A stretch of 13,069 nucleotides of DNA from Calditrichia bacterium (GTDB taxonomy: Bacteria; Calditrichota; Calditrichia; RBG-13-44-9; J075). This document shows positions 1 to 7,984 of the stretch, one piece after another (positions within the stretch are counted from its first letter, which is position 1; each line of letters starts with the position of its first letter). Location: NCBI GenBank assembly GCA_050633245.1, contig JBOEGD010000028.1, positions 23,866 through 36,934 on the forward strand, in the 5' to 3' direction. Under the pieces are notes generated by a model, which was not told the DNA's origin, did not search any database, and saw nothing but the letters and a program-made list of their open reading frames with translations. Position numbers and translations under genes: made by a program.

Positions 1-2
1 AC

Positions 3-46
3 ATTGCCTTATTGCCTTATTGCCTTATTGCCTTTTCACTTTTCAC
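3..46. repeat. Composite short tandem repeat (ATTGCCTT)x4 + (TTTTCAC)x2
   Basis: Perfect ATTGCCTT at 3-10, 11-18, 19-26, 27-34; TTTTCAC at 33-39 and 40-46. Confidence 0.95.
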
Positions 47-84
47 CTCTAGCAACAGATGACGGTTGCCTTTTGCTGCTAGAG
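47..84. other. Imperfect inverted repeat / stem-loop
   Basis: CTCTAGCA (47-54) pairs with TGCTAGAG (77-84); on the minus strand the stem extends to 11 bp with one G-U pair. Confidence 0.6.
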
Positions 85-150
85 TCCCTATCATTTTAAC
101 ATATCTTTTTATAGTCATGTTTCTATTTCATTAAGATCGGCAGGTATAAA

Positions 151-846
151 GTGAGGCAGCGTAGTTGGAAATCTTATACCTTGGAATTTTTGTCTATTTT
201 TATTGCGGTTATCTCAGCCTTTGCATTAAATAATTGGAATGAAAACAGACGAGACCGTCATGCCGAATATAACATTTTGGCTGAAATCTCGAATGGCTTA
301 CAAAAAGATATTCAAGACATTCAAAACAATGCCAAGGGACATCGGTTTGGTATGGACGCTTGTACATATTGGCGCCAAATTATACAGAACGAAGCTATAG
401 ACTATGATTTGCTTCCACAACAATATATCAGGCTTACCAGAGATTTTATTTCGGTACAAAACCGCTCGGGCTATGAAACGCTTAAGTCCAGAGGGCTCGA
501 GTTAATAAAAGACGATTCGCTTCGCCTACAAATCATCACTCTCTATGAATACGACTACAACACGTTAAGAAAGATGGAAGAAGAATATCGTGAGCTTCAG
601 CTACATCAAAGTTACTATCGCGGGATCAATGAAATTATATCCCCTCATCTAATCTTCGATAATATGGGCGAACTTAAAGGTATTCAAACACCGCTTAAGT
701 TGAGAAAGGCAGAACAAAAACGAATGCTTTCATTTCTCTGGAAGATAAATCTTAATCGTAAATTTATTTTAGGTTTCTATGGAGAGATCGAGAAGAAGGT
801 TGAGCGATTAAATAAGCTGGTCTCAAAAAAACTCTCAAGCAGATAA
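151..846 (+). CDS. DUF6090-like protein with N-terminal membrane anchor
   Basis: 231 aa ORF with GTG start. LEFLSIFIAVISAFALNNWNENR hydrophobic anchor followed by NW, and SGYETLKSRGLELIKDDSLRLQI..LY pattern, typical of this family. Confidence 0.7.
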   Translation: MRQRSWKSYTLEFLSIFIAVISAFALNNWNENRRDRHAEYNILAEISNGLQKDIQDIQNNAKGHRFGMDACTYWRQIIQNEAIDYDLLPQQYIRLTRDFISVQNRSGYETLKSRGLELIKDDSLRLQIITLYEYDYNTLRKMEEEYRELQLHQSYYRGINEIISPHLIFDNMGELKGIQTPLKLRKAEQKRMLSFLWKINLNRKFILGFYGEIEKKVERLNKLVSKKLSSR

Positions 847-871
847 AAGCGCTACAAAGTAGAGAAACGTA

Positions 872-1567
872 ATGGCAGAAATTATCGACTTAAGTCAGGA
901 GATTTATGCTGGAATGCCCGTTTACAAGGGACTACCCGACGTAAAGATGAGTATTCATAAAACCCATGAAGAATGGGCAAAGGTCGAAAACCCTGAGACA
1001 CAGACTCCAGCCGTTTACAAATTAGAGATGGGAGAGCACACTGGCACACATGTCGACGCGCTAAACCACATGGCACCTGAGCTAAGAGAACATTCTATCG
1101 ATACCATGCCGCTCTCCATGTTCTACACGGAAGGGCTTTGCCTGGACTTTTCTCACAAAACGCTTCGAGAACTGATTGATGTACATGAACTGGAAAAGGC
1201 CTGTGCAGAATCAGGTCTAACTATATAGAATGGCGACACGATCTTGCTCCATACCAATCACTATCGCAAGGCATTCGGCAGTGAAGATTGGCCAAACGGC
1301 CCCGGAATAACCGCAGAAGCCGCACGATGGCTCGGCAACCAAGGCATTGCTGCTTTTGGTGTCGAAACAATGTCGCCTGGGGTGCCGGGAGTATCAAACA
1401 AGGAGGTTCATCGCATTTGCGGTGAGCTTGGCTTTACTCATTATGAGAACATGGTCAATCTCCACCTGCTTCTCGGACGCGGGCGATTCCGCTTTATTGC
1501 GCTGCCACTTAAAATTCGTGGTGGAACAGGTTCACCCGTTCGTGCAGTCGCGGTATTTGAAGATTAA
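872..1567 (+). pseudogene. Cyclase family protein (kynurenine formamidase-like metal hydrolase), interrupted by in-frame TAG at 1226-1228
   Basis: ORFs 872-1228 and 1244-1567 are in one frame and read ...SGLTI*NGDTILLHT...; IIDLS start, HTGTHVDA metal motif, ENMVNL and GGTGSPVRAVA end together make one 231-codon cyclase. Confidence 0.85.
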
Positions 1568-1602
1568 CCACGAATACAAGCAGATAAAAGGAACTCATTA
1601 AA

Positions 1603-2301
1603 ATGACATGTGCAGAAGTCATTGCAAGGCTGGAAGAGCTTGCAGACAAAGAAAAAGTTGACTTCAAGAAAAAAAAGTACGGCATTGTTTCCCACAACGC
1701 GCTTGGGGTTTATCATAAAGATTTAAAAGAGCTCGCGCGGGAAATAAAAACAGATAACCAGCTTGCACTTGAGTTATTCGATAGCGGCATATACGAAGCA
1801 CGACTATTATGCAGCAAAATTTTTCGACCAGCAGACGTAACAGAAATTCTTATGGAAAAGTGGCTTGCTACTTTTGAGAATTGGGAAGTTTGCGATTCGT
1901 TTTGCATGGGCCTATTTGCCAAGAGCCCATTCGCAGTCAAGAAAGTTCACGAATGGGCTGACCGTAAAAAAGAGTTTGAGAAGAGAGGAGCCTTTGCAAC
2001 GCTGGCTGCCTACTGCATGGCAGATAAAAAGGCTGATAATAAGGTATTCGAGCAATTCTTTCCACTCATTATTCAGGCGGCTGGCGACGAGCGCAACTTT
2101 GTAAAAAAAGCGGTAAACTGGGCGCTACGCAGTATTGGCAAACGCAATATTGATTTGAACAAACGCGCCATTGAAGTGTCTAACGAAATTCTACTGCAAG
2201 ACAGCAAATCTGCGCAGTGGATAGCAAAAGATGCGTTGAAAGAGCTGCAAAAAGAAAACGTAAGGCTGTCAGATTATCCGCGAAATATCTATCGAAAATA
2301 A
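1603..2301 (+). CDS. DNA alkylation repair protein (AlkD-like HEAT-repeat family)
   Basis: 232 aa; YEARLL, FENWEVCD and DERNFVKKAVNWALRSIGKRN motifs. Confidence 0.88.
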   Translation: MTCAEVIARLEELADKEKVDFKKKKYGIVSHNALGVYHKDLKELAREIKTDNQLALELFDSGIYEARLLCSKIFRPADVTEILMEKWLATFENWEVCDSFCMGLFAKSPFAVKKVHEWADRKKEFEKRGAFATLAAYCMADKKADNKVFEQFFPLIIQAAGDERNFVKKAVNWALRSIGKRNIDLNKRAIEVSNEILLQDSKSAQWIAKDALKELQKENVRLSDYPRNIYRK

Positions 2302-2316
2302 AACTGAGCCTTTGTT

Positions 2317-2790
2317 ATGTTAAGATTTGAACGAACCAATTCACAAAGCCCCGAATTTATTAACCTGGTGCTGCAATTGGATATAGAACTCGGCGAGCGC
2401 GATGGTGCCGAGCATTCCTTTTACCAGCAGTATAATAAGATTGATGCCATTCGCTACGCCCTTGTTGCGTTCGACGAAGATGAACCCGTTGGCTGTGGCG
2501 CACTTAAGGTTTTCAATGATGAGACAATGGAGATAAAGCGCATGTTTGTACCAGAGGAATATCGTGGCAAAGGCGTGGCCTCTCAAATACTTCGTGAGCT
2601 GGAAAGCTGGTCATTAGACCTCGGTTATTCTACCTGCATTTTGGAAACGGGCAAACGTCAGCCCGAAGCGATTCAACTATATAAGAAAAGCGGTTACGAA
2701 GTAATCCCAAATTACGGTCAGTATGCGGGTGTTGAAAACAGCATGTGTTTTGAAAAAAGTTTAGCTGACATGGATAAAAAAGATGAATAA
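2317..2790 (+). CDS. GNAT family N-acetyltransferase
   Basis: 157 aa; VGCGA, EIKRMFVPEEYRGKGVA (motif A), LETGKRQPEAIQLYKKSGY. Confidence 0.92.
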   Translation: MLRFERTNSQSPEFINLVLQLDIELGERDGAEHSFYQQYNKIDAIRYALVAFDEDEPVGCGALKVFNDETMEIKRMFVPEEYRGKGVASQILRELESWSLDLGYSTCILETGKRQPEAIQLYKKSGYEVIPNYGQYAGVENSMCFEKSLADMDKKDE

Positions 2791-2865
2791 CAGAGAGTTA
2801 AAAAACCAGGAATTAAAACGAAAAATAAAAGTCATCTAAAATGTTAAAGGTTTTCAGGAAATAAT

Positions 2866-3390
2866 ATGGCGAGCAATAAATATACTCTTCGAGATGCTCT
2901 CCCAGGAGAGTTTCCCGAAATTGGAAAATTAATGGTTCGCGTCTACTCAGTGCTGGAAGGATTTCCAACTCCGGAAGAGCAGCCGGCGTATTACAAGTTG
3001 CTCGCCAATATCGGCAGCCTGACAAACTCCCCACAAACCCGGTTGCTTGTAGCAGTTACACCATCAGGAAAAATCGGCGGGGCCGTCGTTTACTTTGGCG
3101 ATATGCAGTACTATGGCTCTGGTGGAACTGCAACCAGCGAAAAAAATGCCGCGGGATTCCGACTACTCGCAGTCGATCCGGCAGCCAGAGGTAATGGACT
3201 TGGCAAGCTTTTAACAAATGCCTGTATTCAAACAGCAAAAAGTGCAGGATTGAATCAAATGGTCATCCATTCAACCGAAGCCATGAAGATTGCCTGGGGC
3301 ATGTACGAACGCATTGGCTTTATCCGATCTGAGGATTTGGATTTTATGCAGGGCGAGCTTGAGGTTTTTGGTTTTCGCTTAAAGCTGTGA
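2866..3390 (+). CDS. GNAT family N-acetyltransferase
   Basis: 174 aa; RLLAVDPAARGNGLG acetyl-CoA motif, AWGMYERIGF; AGGA upstream of ATG. Confidence 0.92.
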   Translation: MASNKYTLRDALPGEFPEIGKLMVRVYSVLEGFPTPEEQPAYYKLLANIGSLTNSPQTRLLVAVTPSGKIGGAVVYFGDMQYYGSGGTATSEKNAAGFRLLAVDPAARGNGLGKLLTNACIQTAKSAGLNQMVIHSTEAMKIAWGMYERIGFIRSEDLDFMQGELEVFGFRLKL

Positions 3391-3406
3391 AATGTGAAAT
3401 GTGAAA
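3386..3406. repeat. Heptamer tandem repeat (TGTGAAA)x3 overlapping the GNAT stop codon
   Basis: Copies at 3386-3392, 3393-3399 and 3400-3406; a one-base variant of the reverse complement of the TTTTCAC repeat. Confidence 0.85.
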
Positions 3407-3471
3407 GTTATTATTTGAACATGCAATAACCCAACATCGTATGACGCACGTACCAACTCGGAGGGAAGTAT

Positions 3472-3930
3472 ATGTCTAACAGTACAAATCACTTTGCAGA
3501 AGCTGCGATGCTTATTCGCAAACCGATAGCAGAAGTCTTTGACGCATTCATTAACCCGCAGGTCACCACCAAGTTTTGGTTTACAAAAAGCTCTGGCACT
3601 CTGGAAGAGGGCAAAGCCATCGACTGGACTTGGGAAATGTTCGACCACACCGTGTCGGTTTTAGTAAAATCCATTGTTCAGAATGAGAAGATTGTGATTC
3701 AGTGGGGTGACGATCCCGAGGCAATTGTAGAATGGACATTTAAGTCGATCAAAGACTCGCACACATTTGTTAGTACGACCAATATCGGCTTCAAAGGCAC
3801 AGCGGATGAGATACTCAGTCAGGTTCGCGACGCGACGGGTGGATTCACCTGGGTTCTCGCTGGCCTGAAAGCCTATCTGGAACATGGTATTGAGCTTAAT
3901 TTGATTGCAGACAGATATCCCAAAGCGTAA
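3472..3930 (+). CDS. SRPBCC / AHSA1-like (START-fold) ligand-binding protein
   Basis: 152 aa; IRKPIAEVFDAFINPQVTTKFWF and GGFTWVLAGLKAYLE; GGAGG RBS upstream. Confidence 0.88.
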   Translation: MSNSTNHFAEAAMLIRKPIAEVFDAFINPQVTTKFWFTKSSGTLEEGKAIDWTWEMFDHTVSVLVKSIVQNEKIVIQWGDDPEAIVEWTFKSIKDSHTFVSTTNIGFKGTADEILSQVRDATGGFTWVLAGLKAYLEHGIELNLIADRYPKA

Positions 3931-3944
3931 TTGAGACAGTAAAA

Positions 3945-4484
3945 ATGTTCGTTAAAAATATTAGCATTGCCGGGAATCCAGACAGATTGATCGACAGATT
4001 GGAGAAAATTTACAACAGGCTTTCATTTGCCCCCTGCGATTTCCGCGAGGAGAAAGAAAGCCAGGACTACGCTGCGTGTCGGTTTAGATTGAATGGAAGT
4101 CGAATTGTTTTTCGTGAAGCTAAAATTACTCCGAAAAAGTCAGGCCAGTTTGTTACGCTTTGGAAAAGAATTGGCGACGGCCCGATTCAACCATTTTCGT
4201 CAATGGACAATATAGATCTATTTGTCATAAATACCTGCAGCAAGACGAACTTTGGTCAATTCGTTTTTCCAAAACAGGTTCTTATCAATAAAGGAATCGT
4301 TTCCTCTGCTTCCAGAGAAGGCAAGCGCGGCATACGAATCTATCCACCGTGGGATGAACCCGCAAGCAAACAGGCTAAGAAAACACAAAGCTGGCAGATG
4401 GAACATTTCCTCTCATTGAGCAATGTTACGAAAATAGACTTAAAACGAGTCAACGAGCTGTACAAAGTTATTCCCCATAAATAA
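3945..4484 (+). CDS. MepB family protein
   Basis: 179 aa; ESQDYAAC, FREAKITPKKSGQFVTLWKR, GQFVFPK, GKRGIRIYPPW and KKTQSWQ motifs. Confidence 0.88.
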   Translation: MFVKNISIAGNPDRLIDRLEKIYNRLSFAPCDFREEKESQDYAACRFRLNGSRIVFREAKITPKKSGQFVTLWKRIGDGPIQPFSSMDNIDLFVINTCSKTNFGQFVFPKQVLINKGIVSSASREGKRGIRIYPPWDEPASKQAKKTQSWQMEHFLSLSNVTKIDLKRVNELYKVIPHK

Positions 4485-4495
4485 TGGAGACAAAA

Positions 4496-4939
4496 ATGAA
4501 ATACACATGCACTGTTGAGATAGATCTGCCAAGGGATAAGGCAGCTAAGCTTTGGGCCGATGAGAGCAATTTCAAAGAATGGCAGGACGGGTTCATCTCC
4601 ATTGAAAGGCTAAGTGGTGATGCAGAGGCTGAAGGAACCAAGTCCAGAATTCTCTTAAAACAAGGAAAAGGACAAATGGAGCTCATCGAGACGATTATAC
4701 ATTCCAATCTTCCCGAAGAGAAAAAGGCCTTCTATGAACACATACATATGGATAATACCCAAACCACGACGTTTGAAGCGATTACAGCTACCCGAACCCG
4801 CTGCATTTCCGAAGTAGAATACACCAAATTCAAGAGCTTCATTCCAAAAGTAATGGCATTTTTATTCCCGGGAGTGTTCAAAAGTCAGAGCCAAAAGTGG
4901 CTCGATCAATTCAAGGCATTCGCTGAAAAAAAGAGGTAA
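4496..4939 (+). CDS. SRPBCC family protein (polyketide cyclase/dehydrase-like)
   Basis: YTCTVEIDLP...WQDG...FKSQSQKWLDQFKAFAE. ATG 4496 has GGAG 6 nt upstream; the alternative start 4484 overlaps the MepB stop (TAATG). Confidence 0.82.
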   Translation: MKYTCTVEIDLPRDKAAKLWADESNFKEWQDGFISIERLSGDAEAEGTKSRILLKQGKGQMELIETIIHSNLPEEKKAFYEHIHMDNTQTTTFEAITATRTRCISEVEYTKFKSFIPKVMAFLFPGVFKSQSQKWLDQFKAFAEKKR

Positions 4940-4969
4940 CTCAATCCCATTCCGTTCGTAATAACTGGC

Positions 4970-6226
4970 ATGAAAAAACTAAACACTACACTCGCAATGA
5001 GTCTGCTATTCTGGTTATGCATCAGCGGCTATGCTCAAGTTTCGGAAACAGTTCATGCTGTAGGAAAGAATTACAGCCTCAATTCAAAAGTCCTAAATGC
5101 CGAGCGGCATTTTCAAGTCTATCTGCCACAAGGCTATCAGGAATCTACCGAGCGTAGCTATCCGGTGATGTACGTATTGGACGGCCAGGAATACTTTCTG
5201 CATCCGATTGCCTATCAGGACATGTTGCGCTTTCGCGATAAGTCTCCGGATTTTATTGTCGTCGGCATCAACACCGATCGCCGGTTGCGTAGAACGTTGT
5301 TTTATGAAAAAGCAGATGACTTTATCAGCTTTTTACAATCCGAGCTCATTCCCTTTATTGACAACGCTTTTCGTACGAAGAAAGAAGAAGAACGAATCTT
5401 CTTCGGTTGGGAAATGGCAGGCGGTTTGGGAGTTCAAATTTGCGCCGAACAGCCAAATTTTTTTAGCGCCTTCTTTCTGGCGAGCTCGACACATATCACG
5501 AAGGAGCGAATAGCGGCCCTGGGTAATCGCTTGAAAGAAGGTCTTTCTTCTCGCAAGTATTTTCACTTAACACGGGCACCGGACGAGGGTTTTCTTAAAA
5601 AGAGCTTAGCGTCTTTAGACAGCCTTTTTCAGTCCGATTCTTCCGGCAACATCGAGTGGACGTATCTGACATTAGCAGGGGAAGACCATTACACCACGCC
5701 AACAAAAAGCATTCACGATGGCCTTAGTAACTATTTTGCCGACTACAAGCCCATTCGCTTCTACAGCCTGAAGGAATACGATGACTTTGGTGGATTGTCC
5801 GCTCTCCGCGCTTATTACAAAAACCGCGGCAAACGGTTTTCAGTAGATACCGATATCCACCGCGAAACGAAGCATTTTCTTTTACTTAATGCGATGAACG
5901 AAAACAACCTTGATCGCTTCGAGTATTACAATCGCGAGCTGGGTAACTACGTTGAGACGCAGGTACGGCGCGATTTTTGGGTGAAGCGCTATGCCGATTT
6001 TTACATCACGCAAAATCAGCCCGATAAAGCATTGTCCGTTTATCGGGCGGGACTGCAAAAGTTTCCTGAATCGGCAATGATTTATAATAGTTTGGGACAT
6101 TTGTATACGGAGCGCGGAGAGAAATCGCAGGCTAAAACGCATTTTGGGAAAGCACTGGAGATTGCGACGGAGAAAAAGGATAGTCAGTTAGAGAACTATA
6201 GGCAGGACTTATTGGACCTTAGATAA
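4970..6226 (+). CDS. Secreted alpha/beta-hydrolase-fold (IroE/Fes esterase-like) protein with C-terminal TPR; nucleophile Ser replaced by Glu
   Basis: Signal peptide (..GYA/Q), VYLPQGY, YPVMYVLDG, IVVGI, ELIPFID, FGWEMAGG at the nucleophile elbow, EDH His motif, TPR-like C-terminus. Confidence 0.85.
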   Translation: MKKLNTTLAMSLLFWLCISGYAQVSETVHAVGKNYSLNSKVLNAERHFQVYLPQGYQESTERSYPVMYVLDGQEYFLHPIAYQDMLRFRDKSPDFIVVGINTDRRLRRTLFYEKADDFISFLQSELIPFIDNAFRTKKEEERIFFGWEMAGGLGVQICAEQPNFFSAFFLASSTHITKERIAALGNRLKEGLSSRKYFHLTRAPDEGFLKKSLASLDSLFQSDSSGNIEWTYLTLAGEDHYTTPTKSIHDGLSNYFADYKPIRFYSLKEYDDFGGLSALRAYYKNRGKRFSVDTDIHRETKHFLLLNAMNENNLDRFEYYNRELGNYVETQVRRDFWVKRYADFYITQNQPDKALSVYRAGLQKFPESAMIYNSLGHLYTERGEKSQAKTHFGKALEIATEKKDSQLENYRQDLLDLR

Positions 6227-6316
6227 TATACCTGAACAAAAACAAGCAACATAGATCAGACAGACACTAACATAGCAATCAATTTTTTCTGGTGCCTCAT
6301 ATGTGAGATTCCTATT

Positions 6317-6398
6317 ACTTCAACAAAGACACTCAGCTATTATTATAATACTCCCCAAAACTTCAATGACTAACTGATAAGCGTTATAATTAACGCTT
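6317..6398 (+). promoter_or_regulatory. Putative tandem sigma70-type promoters with palindromic operator-like site
   Basis: TATAAT at 6344-6349 and 6385-6390, each preceded by ACTTCAA (6317-6323, 6360-6366); inverted repeat AAGCGTTA-TAAT-TAACGCTT (6379-6398) covers the second -10. Confidence 0.5.
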
Positions 6399-6436
6399 TT
6401 TGCTCAAGGTTTGCTACTAAAACTGAGGCCTATATT

Positions 6437-7912
6437 ATGATCAAGTACGTGCAATCTGAAAAAGCAAGAGTGTTCAAAAAAAGCGATACAAATGATGAGC
6501 TCTTAGAACTTCTCTGGGGAGATAGAGTCGAAATTGTATCAAACAATAAAATACACGGGCGTTACAAAATAAATGCGCGATGGGCTAAAAACGCATTTAT
6601 TGATCCTGAAGAATTAGGGGATAAGCCTCTTTTAGAATTGTACTTCATTGATGTCGGTCAAGGCGATGGCGTTCTAATTGTTACGCCTGAAAGAAAGCAT
6701 ATATTAATTGATGGGGGGTATTCAAGGAGTAAACAACCACACGGAAAAAGTGCCGCAGACTTTATAGATTGGAAGTTCAAAAAAGAATATGGTCAGGATC
6801 AAATAAAAATAGATGCGATGATCTGCTCCCATTGCGATGCAGATCATTATGGTGGGCTATGGGATCTTATCGATAAAACTCGAAAAGAAGAACTAGACAC
6901 TTCGGGGACAATTGTAGAAAGCTTTTTCCATGCAGGCGTTTCTTGGTGGAAGACAGATAGTAAGTCAAGGTTTTTAGGCGAGACTAAGAGTAAACATTTA
7001 GTTAATCTTTTGACAGGCAAATCTTCTATTAAAAAAGGCCTGCGAAAGAGTTCTAGCCTTAGATTACAGGGTGAATGGGCAAAATTTTTAAAGTGCCTTC
7101 TTGATACAGGAGCTTCGGTTGAAAGGTTAAGTTATAACCCAGACAAAGAATTCAAATACTTACCAGGATTTGAGGCAAACAAAAAGACATCGATTAAAAT
7201 ACTTGGCCCTATTGAAAACACTATTGATGGAAAGCCTGGACTTAAAAGTCTAGGAGGTTCCTCCCAAAATACAAACGGACATTCTATATTACTTAGAGTT
7301 GACTATGGACGAACTCGCATTCTTCTTACAGGTGACCTCAATTTAAAAAGCCAACAACACATTATTGAGTCTATTGCCGGGAACAGAATTGAACTAGCTG
7401 CTGATGTAATAAAGTCTTGTCATCATGGCAGCGATGATTGTTCAATAGAGTTTCTTCAACGTGTTCAAGCAGCAGCAACAATAATTTCTTCAGGTGATGA
7501 CGAGACACATGCACACCCAAGGCCTAACATTATTGCTGCATCTGGTGCAACAGGATATCAGAACATTGAAAAGGATGAAATGATTACGCCATTAGTGTAC
7601 AGTACTGAAATCTCCAGAAGTGTAAAGTTAGGTGATCCATTTAAAGTAGGTTATAAAGACTATGATACGGGTAATGGAAAGATAGATATTAACCTAGAGA
7701 ATGAGAAATTAACAAAGGTTTCTTATAAAAGAACCTCTTCAGGAGCCATAGGCGCATCTACAAAAGTCAAATCGATGAATAGATTAAAGGTTGTGGATGG
7801 AATCGTTTATGGTTTAGTAAATGTTAGAACAGATGGAGAAAAAGTCTTATGCGCGACCTTAAATGAAGGGAAGAGCAAATGGGAGATTAAAACGTTTAAT
7901 TCGAGATTTTAA
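6437..7912 (+). CDS. Stand-alone ComEC/Rec2-like MBL-fold metallo-hydrolase
   Basis: 491 aa; FIDVGQGD, LIDGG, SHCDADHYGG (HxDxDH), LTGD, HHGS and HAHP motifs; no transmembrane competence domain or signal peptide. Confidence 0.88.
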   Translation: MIKYVQSEKARVFKKSDTNDELLELLWGDRVEIVSNNKIHGRYKINARWAKNAFIDPEELGDKPLLELYFIDVGQGDGVLIVTPERKHILIDGGYSRSKQPHGKSAADFIDWKFKKEYGQDQIKIDAMICSHCDADHYGGLWDLIDKTRKEELDTSGTIVESFFHAGVSWWKTDSKSRFLGETKSKHLVNLLTGKSSIKKGLRKSSSLRLQGEWAKFLKCLLDTGASVERLSYNPDKEFKYLPGFEANKKTSIKILGPIENTIDGKPGLKSLGGSSQNTNGHSILLRVDYGRTRILLTGDLNLKSQQHIIESIAGNRIELAADVIKSCHHGSDDCSIEFLQRVQAAATIISSGDDETHAHPRPNIIAASGATGYQNIEKDEMITPLVYSTEISRSVKLGDPFKVGYKDYDTGNGKIDINLENEKLTKVSYKRTSSGAIGASTKVKSMNRLKVVDGIVYGLVNVRTDGEKVLCATLNEGKSKWEIKTFNSRF

Positions 7913-7984
7913 CTACGCTTTTTATCAACTTGTATGATGCTCAACACAATCGTAACCGCGCATAAACCTTAATAGTTTGTAGAC

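Noticed and set aside
872-1567. Two separate genes (118 aa and 107 aa)
   Set aside because: Same frame; they are the two halves of a single cyclase domain and the intervening codons fit the family pattern.
2298-2325. dif/XerCD site (TTATGTTAAGA resembles the XerD arm)
   Set aside because: No XerC arm, and the match overlaps a start codon.
2785-2803. attI-like simple site GAATAAC-AGAGA-GTTAAAA
   Set aside because: Too short and AT-rich to distinguish from chance, and there is no integrase nearby.
6237-6392. attC-like site (CACTAACATAGCAATCAA ... GCGTTA)
   Set aside because: The ends resemble R''/R' boxes, but I could not build complementary L boxes or a continuous stem.
6437-7912. comEC or a true beta-lactamase
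   Set aside because: Lacks the membrane competence domain and any signal peptide; only the fold motifs are shared.
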